A stretch of 64,000 nucleotides of DNA, from contig JBGQDL010000001.1 of the NCBI GenBank assembly GCA_041495865.1, positions 4,330-68,329 of the forward strand. The letters are read 5' to 3'. The notes beneath the pieces are model-generated. The model saw nothing but the letters and a program-made list of their open reading frames with translations. It was not told the DNA's origin and did no database searches. Positions 28,010 to 36,558 of this stretch are shown here, in pieces; position 1 is the stretch's first letter; each line of letters opens with the position of its first letter. This DNA comes from Thermoanaerobaculia bacterium. Its GTDB lineage: Bacteria > Acidobacteriota > Thermoanaerobaculia > UBA5066. The position numbers were made by a program, and so were the translations under genes.

Positions 28010-30367
28010 TCAGCCGGCGCCGTCGAGCACCTCACGCACCTTTCGGGCGAGGGTGAGCGGCGAGAACGGCTTCTGAAGAAACGCGACGCCCGATTCGACG
28101 ATGCCGTGGCGCACGACCGCGTCGTCCATGTAGCCGCTCATGTAGAGGATCCTCAAGCCGGGGTTGTCCTCCGTCGTGATCCGCTCCGCGAACTCGCGTC
28201 CGCTCATCTCGGGCATCACGACGTCCGTTACGACGATGTGGATCTCGCCGGCGTGCGTGCGGGCCGCCTCGAGCGCCTCGGTCCCGTTCCGGGCCTCGAT
28301 CACCCGATAGCCCGTCGACTCGAGCGCGATCTTCACGATGCGTCGGACCGCATCCTCGTCCTCGACGACGAGCACGGTCTCCGTCCCACGCGGGAGTGCC
28401 CCGTGCGTGCTGCTCGCGCCGCGCGTCCGCCGCGGCGACTCCTGCGACGGGAGGACGACCGTGAAGGTCGCGCCCCTCCCCGGCTCGCTCTCCACAGCGA
28501 TGTCGCCGCCGCTCTGCTTTACGATGCCGTAGACCGTCGCGAGGCCGAGGCCCGTACCCTTGCCGGCCACCTTCGTCGTGAAGAAAGGCTCGAAGAGGTG
28601 GGCCTTCACCTCAGGCGGGATGCCGCTTCCGGTGTCCGAGATCGAAATCACAACCCGCGGGCGCCGTGCTCGCTTCCCGGTCTCCTCGAGGTCGACGGAG
28701 GCCGCCGGGTCGACGCTCCGCGTGCGGATCGTGATGCGGCCTCCGCGCGGCATCGCATCGCGCGCGTTCACGACGAGGTTCATGACGACCTGCTCGAGCT
28801 GACCCGGGTCGACCTTCACCCAGCTGGGGTCGGCGGCCAGGTCGGTCTGCAGGTCCACGTCCTCGCCGATGAGTCGGCGGAGCATCTTTTCGATCCCGGT
28901 GACGACCTCGTGCACGTCGACGAGCCTCGGCTCGAGGATCTGCTTGCGGCTGAACGCAAGGAGCTGCCGCGTGAGCGAGGCGGCCCGCTCGCTCGCGGAC
29001 CGGATGTCCGCCAGGGAGCCGCGCCGCGGGTCGTCCGCGGGGGTGTCGGAAAGGAGCAGCTCGCAGTTCCCGGAGATGACCGTCAGGAGGTTGTTGAAGT
29101 CGTGGGCGACGCCGCCCGCCAGCTGCCCGACGGCCTCCATCTTCTGCGCCTGGCGGAGCTGCTCCTCGAGGCGCACGCGGGCCGTGGCGTCCCGGCCCGC
29201 GGTGTGCATCAACCGCTTGCCGCCGACGACGACTAGGCTGTTGTTGAACTCGACCGCCACTTTTCCGCCGTCCCTCCTCCGGATCGGCGCTTCCGACAGG
29301 ATCTGCTCGCCCTCCAGGATGCGGCGATGAAAGGCTCGGTACGCCGCGAGATCGGGATCGTCGTGGAGGTCGGGAATCGTCATCGCCAGCAGCTCTTCCC
29401 GGGAGAAGCCCGTCAGCTCCGTCGCCGCGCGGTTGACGGCGACGAAGCGTCCCTGCTCGTCGCTCAGGAACACGGCGTCCCGCGAGCCTTCGAAGATCTG
29501 GCGCTGCCATTGAAGCGCGTCTTCAAGCTCGGTGTTGAGTCTGACGACGTTCGCCTCCGTCTTCTTGCGCCCCGTGATGTCCTCGATCATCGCGACCGTC
29601 CGCGTCGGTTGCCCGGCCGCGTCGCGGAGGACGACCATGTTCACGTTCACCCAGGCGATCGAGCCGTCCTTGCGGATGTACCGCTTCTCGATCCGGTACT
29701 CCGGGGCTTCGCCTCTCACGACCTTCCGGAACAGCTCCCAGTCCCGGTCGCGGTCCTCCGGATGCGTGATCTCGGGGACCCGCATCGTGAGCAGCTCGTC
29801 TTCCGAGTAGCCCGTGATGACGCACATTCTCGGGTTCACGGCCACCCACCGCCCCGTCGCGGGGTCCGCCTGCGCGACTCCCACGGGCGCAACGTCGAAC
29901 ATGGCGTGGAACCGCTTCTCGCTGACGCGCAGGGCTTCTTCGGTGCGCTTGCGCTCGGTGACGTCGAAGAGGACGCCGAACCAGAGCGTGCTGCCGTCCG
30001 CCTCGCGGCGTCCGGCGCTGCGGCCCTCGACCCAGACCTCGCCGTGGGGGCTCCTCACGCGGAACTCACCATGCCAGGGCTCAAGCGTCCGGTGAGCCGC
30101 CAGAACTTCGTCGAGAAGAGACTTCCGGTCGTCCAGGTGCACGCGGGAAAACGCGGCGCCTCCGCGTTCGGCGACCTCGCCGAGCTGGACTCCGAAAAGG
30201 TCCTGGAAGCCGGAGGAGACGATGGGAAACTGGTACGTGCCGTCGGGCCGGACCCGGAATTGGTAGATCACGAAGGGTGCGTTCGGGGCGATTTCGGCGA
30301 AGGCCCTTCCGAGCGCGGCGTCGGCCGACGAAAACCCAACGTCGCGCGACCCCGCTACGCGGTCCAT
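28010..30367 (-). CDS. Hybrid sensor histidine kinase (three PAS domains, HisKA, HATPase_c, C-terminal REC)
   Basis: H-box AHDFNNLLTVISG, N/G boxes (NLVVNARDAM, DTGSGIP, GTGLGLATVYG), C-terminal receiver VLVVEDEDAVRR...DVVMPEMSG. Confidence 0.85.
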   Translation of the reverse strand: MDRVAGSRDVGFSSADAALGRAFAEIAPNAPFVIYQFRVRPDGTYQFPIVSSGFQDLFGVQLGEVAERGGAAFSRVHLDDRKSLLDEVLAAHRTLEPWHGEFRVRSPHGEVWVEGRSAGRREADGSTLWFGVLFDVTERKRTEEALRVSEKRFHAMFDVAPVGVAQADPATGRWVAVNPRMCVITGYSEDELLTMRVPEITHPEDRDRDWELFRKVVRGEAPEYRIEKRYIRKDGSIAWVNVNMVVLRDAAGQPTRTVAMIEDITGRKKTEANVVRLNTELEDALQWQRQIFEGSRDAVFLSDEQGRFVAVNRAATELTGFSREELLAMTIPDLHDDPDLAAYRAFHRRILEGEQILSEAPIRRRDGGKVAVEFNNSLVVVGGKRLMHTAGRDATARVRLEEQLRQAQKMEAVGQLAGGVAHDFNNLLTVISGNCELLLSDTPADDPRRGSLADIRSASERAASLTRQLLAFSRKQILEPRLVDVHEVVTGIEKMLRRLIGEDVDLQTDLAADPSWVKVDPGQLEQVVMNLVVNARDAMPRGGRITIRTRSVDPAASVDLEETGKRARRPRVVISISDTGSGIPPEVKAHLFEPFFTTKVAGKGTGLGLATVYGIVKQSGGDIAVESEPGRGATFTVVLPSQESPRRTRGASSTHGALPRGTETVLVVEDEDAVRRIVKIALESTGYRVIEARNGTEALEAARTHAGEIHIVVTDVVMPEMSGREFAERITTEDNPGLRILYMSGYMDDAVVRHGIVESGVAFLQKPFSPLTLARKVREVLDGAG

Positions 30368-30437
30368 CTGGACTCCCTAGTCCATTTATTAGACCCTCTG
30401 CGAGGGTAGCCGGACATGATGCAGCCGCCTCAGCAGA

Positions 30438-30653
30438 GTGCACTTCGACTCGACCTTCGGCTCGTCGCCCTGCTCTTCGGGCGAAACGTGGGGCCGGCGG
30501 GGCGTGGAGGATCACTGCCGCTCGGTCGAGAAAGCCGGGGAGCACTTCCACCCGTGGGGGATGGCCGAGGAGAACCGCGCGATCTACCTGTGCCGCGGCC
30601 TCCGCCACACGCTGGCGGAGGACTGGACCCCCGACTTCAAGCACTGGAACTGA
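30438..30653 (+). CDS. Possible small ORF (71 aa, or 30 aa from an internal ATG), no recognisable family
   Basis: Non-repetitive C-terminus FHPWGMAEENRAIYLCRGLRHTLAEDWTPDFKHWN in the 290-bp gap upstream of the kinase; no clear RBS; could equally be non-coding promoter DNA. Confidence 0.2.
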   Translation: MHFDSTFGSSPCSSGETWGRRGVEDHCRSVEKAGEHFHPWGMAEENRAIYLCRGLRHTLAEDWTPDFKHWN

Positions 30654-30656
30654 GGA

Positions 30657-31103
30657 CTACCTGACCTCTTCCAACCGCCTCCAGGACGCCCATGTGATCT
30701 TCCAGCTTCCCTTCTCGAGCTCGAGCCGCAGCTCGAAACGCCAGCGCGATGTACGGGGCAATAGGCCCTCGAGGCCGGAGACGGCGCGGGGCTTGCCCGA
30801 CATCCCGACCCTGAACGTCGCGCGCGCGGCCTCTAGGCCCCTTTCGATGGCCACGTCCGTGAGGGTCAGCGAGATGCTCTCGTAGGCCGCCAGAGTGCGA
30901 CGGAGCAGATCGGCGGCGTCCGCCTTGCCGCCCCCATCCGCGTCGCGGAAGCCTGCGGAAAGACACCCGGCGACCGCTCCGGCATCGCGCGACTCGGCTG
31001 CCGCGGCCACGCGGTTGACGGTCTCGCGCACCGGATCGCGTGCCTCGCGGCCGCAGGAGGTCAGCAGTGTCACGGCCGCGGCCACGATGAGGCGCTTGAA
31101 CAC
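30657..31103 (-). CDS. Hypothetical lipoprotein (SnoaL/NTF2-like fold suspected)
   Basis: Signal peptide MFKRLIVAAAVTLLTSC with lipobox LTSC; 148 aa. Confidence 0.5.
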   Translation of the reverse strand: MFKRLIVAAAVTLLTSCGREARDPVRETVNRVAAAAESRDAGAVAGCLSAGFRDADGGGKADAADLLRRTLAAYESISLTLTDVAIERGLEAARATFRVGMSGKPRAVSGLEGLLPRTSRWRFELRLELEKGSWKITWASWRRLEEVR

Positions 31104-31118
31104 GGCGCCCTCGACGTC

Positions 31119-31946
31119 CTACTTCGGCGGAGCTCGGCGGGCCACGACGCTGTTGCCGTCGTTCGAGGTGTTGTTGACGTTGACGGCGTAGCAGTAAGCG
31201 ATCAGCGACGCGTCGTTCGCCGTCTGGCCGAAGAGCACGATGATGTCGTCTCCCGTGATCGGAACCGGCAGCTGCTGCCACGAAACGGGAAGCAGGTTCA
31301 GCGTGGTCGAGCTCCTGGTGAGATCGCCCCCGTTGAACGCGAAGAAGTCGACCTTCACCGACGACGCGATGGGGGCGAGGCTCAGGCAGCCGAAGTTGGC
31401 GCGGTTGCCGGCGTTGTTCTGGATGCCCGCCGCCACGAAGATCGCGCCCGGGGCGTCCGCGGGCGAGACGATGGCGTCGTCGGTGAGAATCCCCGTGACG
31501 GGCGTGGAGAATCGCCCGTTCGGGCCGTCGACGTAGACCTCCACGATTGCGATGAAGGGTTTGGACGTGTCTTCGGTGAGGACGAGCCCTCCGCCGCCGG
31601 TGTAGTCGAAGACGTCCTGCAGGAAGTTGTCCCAGCGCCGGAAGGAGCCCGCGGCGAGCGGCGGGAGGTTCAGGACGCGCGGGGAGACGACCGTCGTCAG
31701 GAGCTGCGCGTGGATCGTGATGTCGAACGCGTTGGGGTTGTAAAGCGTGACCTTCGTCTTGAAGAACGCGTCGAACAGCCCCAGCGTGTTCGCGACGGAC
31801 GGGAAGACGTAGCCGCCGCCGACCAGGGCGCTCGGCTCGCGGCCGGATTCGGCGCGCGCCGGAAGGGAGAGTGCCCCCGCCGCAATCAAGGCGAGCACGC
31901 CGGCGGCCGCGGGCGAAAGGCGACGGAGCGAATACTTCATCGTCAT
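31119..31946 (-). CDS. Secreted protein carrying one copy of an unrecognised ~190-aa domain (same domain as in 44285-50471)
   Basis: Signal peptide; YVFPSVANTLGLFDAFFKTKVTLYNPN... start motif and ...AYCYAVNVNNTSNDGNSV end motif, matching the repeated domain of the two large BNR proteins. Confidence 0.6.
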   Translation of the reverse strand: MTMKYSLRRLSPAAAGVLALIAAGALSLPARAESGREPSALVGGGYVFPSVANTLGLFDAFFKTKVTLYNPNAFDITIHAQLLTTVVSPRVLNLPPLAAGSFRRWDNFLQDVFDYTGGGGLVLTEDTSKPFIAIVEVYVDGPNGRFSTPVTGILTDDAIVSPADAPGAIFVAAGIQNNAGNRANFGCLSLAPIASSVKVDFFAFNGGDLTRSSTTLNLLPVSWQQLPVPITGDDIIVLFGQTANDASLIAYCYAVNVNNTSNDGNSVVARRAPPK

Positions 31947-32050
31947 ACTCCTGAAGACCCGGGAACCTTGCGCGGTCTGGGTGCATGATTATGCGCCGGG
32001 CGCGCGCTTCGCAAGGGAGCGCGCGTCTCTCGGCCGAGCGAGGAGGAACC

Positions 32051-32632
32051 ATGCCCGAGGGCCCGGAAGTCGAGACCGAGAAGCTGCACGAGGCCATCCA
32101 GGAAGAGCTGGAGCATGACGGCGGCTCGTTCCTGAAGCGGATCGCGCTCACGACGGCGCTTCTCGCGGCGTGCGCGGCGATCGCCGCGCTGCGCGCGGGT
32201 GCGACCGTGAACGAGGCGCTCGTCCTGAAGACCGAGGCGACGCGGTTACAGGCCGAGGCGTCCGACCAGTGGGCCTATTACCAGGCGAAGGGTCTGAAGG
32301 CCGCGGTGCAGGAGGCCTCGGCCACGGCGTGGCTCGCGATGGGCAAGGAGCCGCCCGCGAAGTACCTCGACGAGCGAAAGCGCTACCACGACGAGCAGGC
32401 CGAGATCAAGAAGAAGGCCGAGGAGAAGGAGCACGAGCGGGACGAGAAGTCGAAGGAGGCCGACCACCTGCTGCACGCGCACCACGGCTTCGCGAACACG
32501 GTCGCGCTCTTCCAGGTGTCCATCGCGCTCGGTGCCGTGGCCGCGCTCACGCGCAACAGGCTCGTGTGGTTCGGGTCGATGGGAGTGGGGCTGATCGGCC
32601 TCGCCTTCTTCGCGAAGGCCTTGCTGGGCTGA
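32051..32632 (+). CDS. DUF4337-family membrane protein
   Basis: AGGAGGAACC then ATG at 32051; N-terminal acidic region, TM helix, WAYYQAKGLKAAV..., Lys/Glu-rich stretch, C-terminal TM pair, the DUF4337 layout. The track ORF starts 22 codons upstream without an RBS. Confidence 0.6.
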   Translation: MPEGPEVETEKLHEAIQEELEHDGGSFLKRIALTTALLAACAAIAALRAGATVNEALVLKTEATRLQAEASDQWAYYQAKGLKAAVQEASATAWLAMGKEPPAKYLDERKRYHDEQAEIKKKAEEKEHERDEKSKEADHLLHAHHGFANTVALFQVSIALGAVAALTRNRLVWFGSMGVGLIGLAFFAKALLG

Positions 32633-32666
32633 GAATCGCCTCAGACTGTCCCGCAAGGAGAATGAA

Positions 32667-33804
32667 CATGAATCGGTCGGAGCGGTTTTTCCTTTCCGCG
32701 CTACTCGGGCTCGCCCTCGCGGCCCGCTCGGCCGGCACCGCGGTCGACTCGATCGCGGTGGACGCGAAGAGCCCCGCGTCGCCCGCCGCCCTCAACGGCC
32801 GTTCGGTCGCGGATCCGTGGGACGAGACGAACTCGGTCGAGGTGGTCTTCCACTACGACCTCGATTCCACGGTCACGGGCTTCGTCAGTGTCTCCACGGG
32901 AGTGCCGCCCAATCCCTCCCACACGGGCGTCGAGACCGTCTTTTCGATCTCGAAGGACGGCAAGGGCAAGGGAACGAAGCGATTCTCGATCCTGTGCGAA
33001 GGGAAGACCGCCGATTACGAGATCAAGCGGGTGAGGGTCGCGCTGATGACGACCGGCCCCGTGGGACCCGTGACGCTCGCTTCGAAGTTCCTGGACGTGG
33101 ACTACACGTTTCAGTGTCCGGCGAAGCCGCTCCCCCGTGCGGACAGCCTCCCCGCTGTCCCCACGGGCGGGCAGGCGCCCGCCAGCCCGCCCGTCGCCGG
33201 ACCAGCCGCCGCCAAAGCGGTTGCCGCGGCTCCCGCCGCCGTTCCTCCCGCCGCCAAACCAGCGGCCGTTCCTCCCGCCGCCATCGCTCCTCCCGCCGCC
33301 AAACCAGCGGCCGTTCCTCCCGCCGTCGCTCCGGCCGCCGCCAAACCGGCGGCCGACAAGCGGCCGAACATCGCGCCCGCGGCGCTCTTGCTCAACATCT
33401 GGGGTAGCGACCCGGCAAAGCTCCACAAGGTGGACTCGAACGCCACCGTGAAGCTCACGGCGGCCGAATCGATCACTCCGAACGGGGGCGACGGGCCGTG
33501 CGCCTTCAACGTGGAGTATTACGAGAAGGAGACGAACGGCGTGGCGACCTTACCCTTCAAGAACAGGATCACCTCCGACGATGACGTGCGCGCCACGACC
33601 GGGCCCGACGCGCTAGGCGCCTCGGAGGCGAGGGCCGTCAGGACGCAGCCGCTCCTCGACACCGGCGCCCATGGCCTGAAGCTCGTGCTCGACGCCGACG
33701 GAAACGTCTCCGAAACGAACGAGGGCGACAACTCCCTCTCGATCCGCTACGTGCTCGCGGGCAGGTGTGGGCCGGCGGCGACCCCTGCTCCCGCGGCCAA
33801 TTGA
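32667..33804 (+). CDS. Secreted protein with Pro/Ala-rich 15-aa repeat linker and CARDB-like C-terminal domain
   Basis: RBS AAGGAGA; signal peptide MNRSERFFLSALLGLALAARSAG; (AAKPAAVPPAxxAPP)x3 linker; C-terminal LKLVLDADGNVSETNEGDNSL. Confidence 0.6.
33206..33357 (+). repeat. Tandem 45-bp direct repeat (about 3.4 copies) inside the CDS, encoding AAKPAAVPPAxxAPP
   Basis: ccgccaaaccagcggccgttcctcccgccg found identically at 33251 and 33296, degenerate copies at 33206 and 33341. Confidence 0.8.
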
Positions 33805-33822
33805 CCGCGATCCGCCTCCTCC

Positions 33823-35151
33823 TCAGAACGCCACGCGAAGCGTGAGAAGCCCCTCGTCCGGGTGGAGAACCCCTCTCCTCGTCGTGGCCTCGTTGCGCGA
33901 GTACTCGACCGTGAGGTCGAGGCCGCGCACGATGCCGAGCCGGAAGCCGAGGTCGAATTTGCGCCAGTCCCACCCGACGGACGGCTCCACGGAGCCGGGC
34001 GACGGATCGAAGAGGTTGTCGATGTACGAGGCGCGCAGCGCGGGCTCGATCCAGTTCACGACGGACTGGTCGCCCGACGCGAAGAGCCCCGGCAGCGGGA
34101 TGCGTACCGAGAGCTCGGCCTCGTAGCCCTCGCGCCCGAGGCCCGCGATGGACTGCTTCACGCCCTGCCCGAAGAAGTGCACGGGGCCGAAGCGTGCCTC
34201 GAGGTTGACGCCGTACTCGCGCTTTTCGGTGCCGGAGACGGGCAGGGAAAGACCCTGCAGCAGGCGAAGGTCTCCCGAGATGAACGTACCGCGGAGCGAC
34301 ACGCGGTCGGCGAGGCCACGCCGGAAGTACCAGCCGAGGATCTCGACGCCTTCGCGGCGGTTCTCGCCCCAGTTGAAGCGCAGACCCATGCCGCCCCCGA
34401 CCTGGAACCGGCCCGAGAGGCCCGCGTCGGTCGCCATCGTGTCGTACAGGATCGGGAACCCGGAACCGTAGACGGCCGGCGCCGTGGAGCCCGCGGCGTG
34501 CTCAGGCGTGCCGTTGTCGCCCGCGAGGGCGTTGACGTCACGGTAAAAGAGCGGCGTGCCGCCCGTGGCGCTCGCGCGCCAGTAGACGTGCGGTCCGAAC
34601 GAGCCGCCCGCCTCGGCGCCCGTCTCCTCGAAGCGGTTCACGGCCGTGCCCCACAGGCCGTAGCTCTCGAGACGCCGCGCGATCTGCTTCGAGAAGCGCG
34701 GCGCCTTGCCGAGCTCGAGATACGCGGTAGTGCCGGGCATCTCCTTCAACGCTTCCCACTTCTTCCCGAACCGCACGAAGGCCTCGCGGAGCTGAATGCG
34801 GTCGGCGCTGGAGGTGGGGTTGCGGTTGTAGAGATCGAGGAAGTGGACGACGACGCGCGCAAGAAGATCGGACGTGAGGTCGCCCTCGGCCGTCAGCGCG
34901 ATGTTCGAGATCTCGGCCGAGGTGTGCGGCGAGACGGTCTGCAGGACGACCGGGATCGGCGCGCCCGTGTTCGCCACGGGGAAGTCGAGGGAGGTCGACG
35001 TGCGCGCGTTGACCTTCATCTCCACCTTTAGCCGGAACGCGCCGGAGTCGGTGGCGAGGGCGCCCGCGCCGAGCAACGAATCCTGCGCGCGCGCGGCAGG
35101 CGCGCGCAGGAGGACGAACGTGAGAACGATCGCTCGAGGAACGCGCCGCAC
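33823..35151 (-). CDS. Outer-membrane beta-barrel protein (porin-like)
   Basis: Signal peptide; alternating amphipathic beta-strands; C-terminal ...LTLRVAF with terminal Phe typical of OMPs. Confidence 0.55.
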   Translation of the reverse strand: MRRVPRAIVLTFVLLRAPAARAQDSLLGAGALATDSGAFRLKVEMKVNARTSTSLDFPVANTGAPIPVVLQTVSPHTSAEISNIALTAEGDLTSDLLARVVVHFLDLYNRNPTSSADRIQLREAFVRFGKKWEALKEMPGTTAYLELGKAPRFSKQIARRLESYGLWGTAVNRFEETGAEAGGSFGPHVYWRASATGGTPLFYRDVNALAGDNGTPEHAAGSTAPAVYGSGFPILYDTMATDAGLSGRFQVGGGMGLRFNWGENRREGVEILGWYFRRGLADRVSLRGTFISGDLRLLQGLSLPVSGTEKREYGVNLEARFGPVHFFGQGVKQSIAGLGREGYEAELSVRIPLPGLFASGDQSVVNWIEPALRASYIDNLFDPSPGSVEPSVGWDWRKFDLGFRLGIVRGLDLTVEYSRNEATTRRGVLHPDEGLLTLRVAF

Positions 35152-35178
35152 TGGAACCTCCCGACTCTCCGGGAGATT

Positions 35179-36522
35179 CTACGGGGGTGTCTCGAACTGC
35201 TTCCTGAGCGCGGTGATCTGGCGCTCGGAAACCTGCTCTTTCGGAAGGGCCTCGGCCCAGGCCAGGGCGTCCTCGCGCGTCTTCCTCGCCGCCCGAGCGT
35301 CCCCCTTTTTCGCGTAGATGTCGGCGCGCGCCTGCAGGAGGACGAGCTTCCGCGGGCCGTACGCGAGCGCGAGCGCGCGGTCGGACGCCGCGAGGGCCTC
35401 GTCGAACTTCTTCAGGGCGCGGTACGCGAGGGTGAGGCGCGCGGGCGGGTTGTAGTCGCCGGGAAAGTCGCGCTCGGCCGCCTCGAGCATCGGGATCGCG
35501 CGCTCGGGCCGGCCCAGCTCGAGATACGCCGTCAGGCGGTGCGCGTCGAACGCGGCACGGGCTTCGGGGGTCTTTCCCTTCGCGGCCTCGGCCTCGAGAT
35601 ACGCCGCCCATACCTCTACGATCTTCTTCTTGCCGGCCGCGTCGTTCACCGAATCCCGCTCTTCCGCGAGCGTCTGGTAGAGGCCCGAGACGTCATCGAC
35701 GGCGAGGCCGGCGCGCTCTCCGCCGAGAACCTCCCGCGCATCCGCGGCGAGAGCCTGGAGGAGAGCGGCCTTCCGGGGCGCGTCCTTCGGAAGCGAGACT
35801 GCGCAGTCGAGGCCCGATCCGGCCACGTTCGCGGCCGAAGGCGAAAAGCGGAGGTTCGGGAAGGCGTCTTTCGCGGCCGACGCGCACGGCTCCGGCTGGC
35901 GGCTCGCCGAGAGCGCGAAGAGGAGCGACTCGACCGCGCGAGGGTAAGACGGCGAGGACGTCGACATGCCCTTCAGCGCGGTTTGGTACGCCTCGGCTGC
36001 TTCCTTGTTCTGCCCGGCCGAATAGAAAGCGTCTGCCTTCGCGAGCCATTCGTCCGGCTTTCGGCCCTCGCGGTCACCCCCCGCCGCCAGGGCCCCGTCG
36101 TCGAGGATGCGCTGGAGCTGCGGCACGGTTGCGCCGCCGACGTAGCGCAGGACGACCTTCTCGGACGCGGGGTCGATCACGTAGAACGAGGGCCAGGCCT
36201 GGACCGGATACTTCGCGAGGAGGGCCGCGTTCTCCCGCTTCTCGGTGTTGATGGAGAGCCAGACGAACCGTCCGGCCTGCCGCCCGAGCGCCTTGTCGGT
36301 GAAGACGAAGGCCCTCACGGAGCGGCACGTGTGTCACCAGGGCGCCCAGGCCTCGAGGAGGATTGGCTTGCTCTCTGCGCGAGCCGTGGCGAGGGCCCGC
36401 GGAAAGTCGTCGGCGATGAAGGGAAGGATTTCTTTGTCGGCTTGTCTGACTGAGGAGGCGGCGCCGGGCGATGGGACGGCAAGAGACGTGACGACGATCG
36501 CCGCCGAGAGGGTCATTCGCAT
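35179..36522 (-). CDS. Secreted thioredoxin-fold (TlpA/Trx-like) plus TPR protein with in-frame UGA in the CxxC motif (W-A-P-W-U-H-T-C), a selenoprotein candidate
   Basis: Track ORFs 36522-36334 (signal peptide...KPILLEAWAPW) and 36318-35179 (..., FVWLSINTEKREN, WPSFYVIDP, TPR repeats) share one frame, separated only by TGA at 36336-36334 then HTCRS. Thioredoxin-fold beta1-CxxC-alpha1 layout with the first Cys position occupied by UGA. Confidence 0.55.
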
Positions 36523-36558
36523 GCCGGAACTATACGGCGGGGCCGGGTCGGGGTTGCG

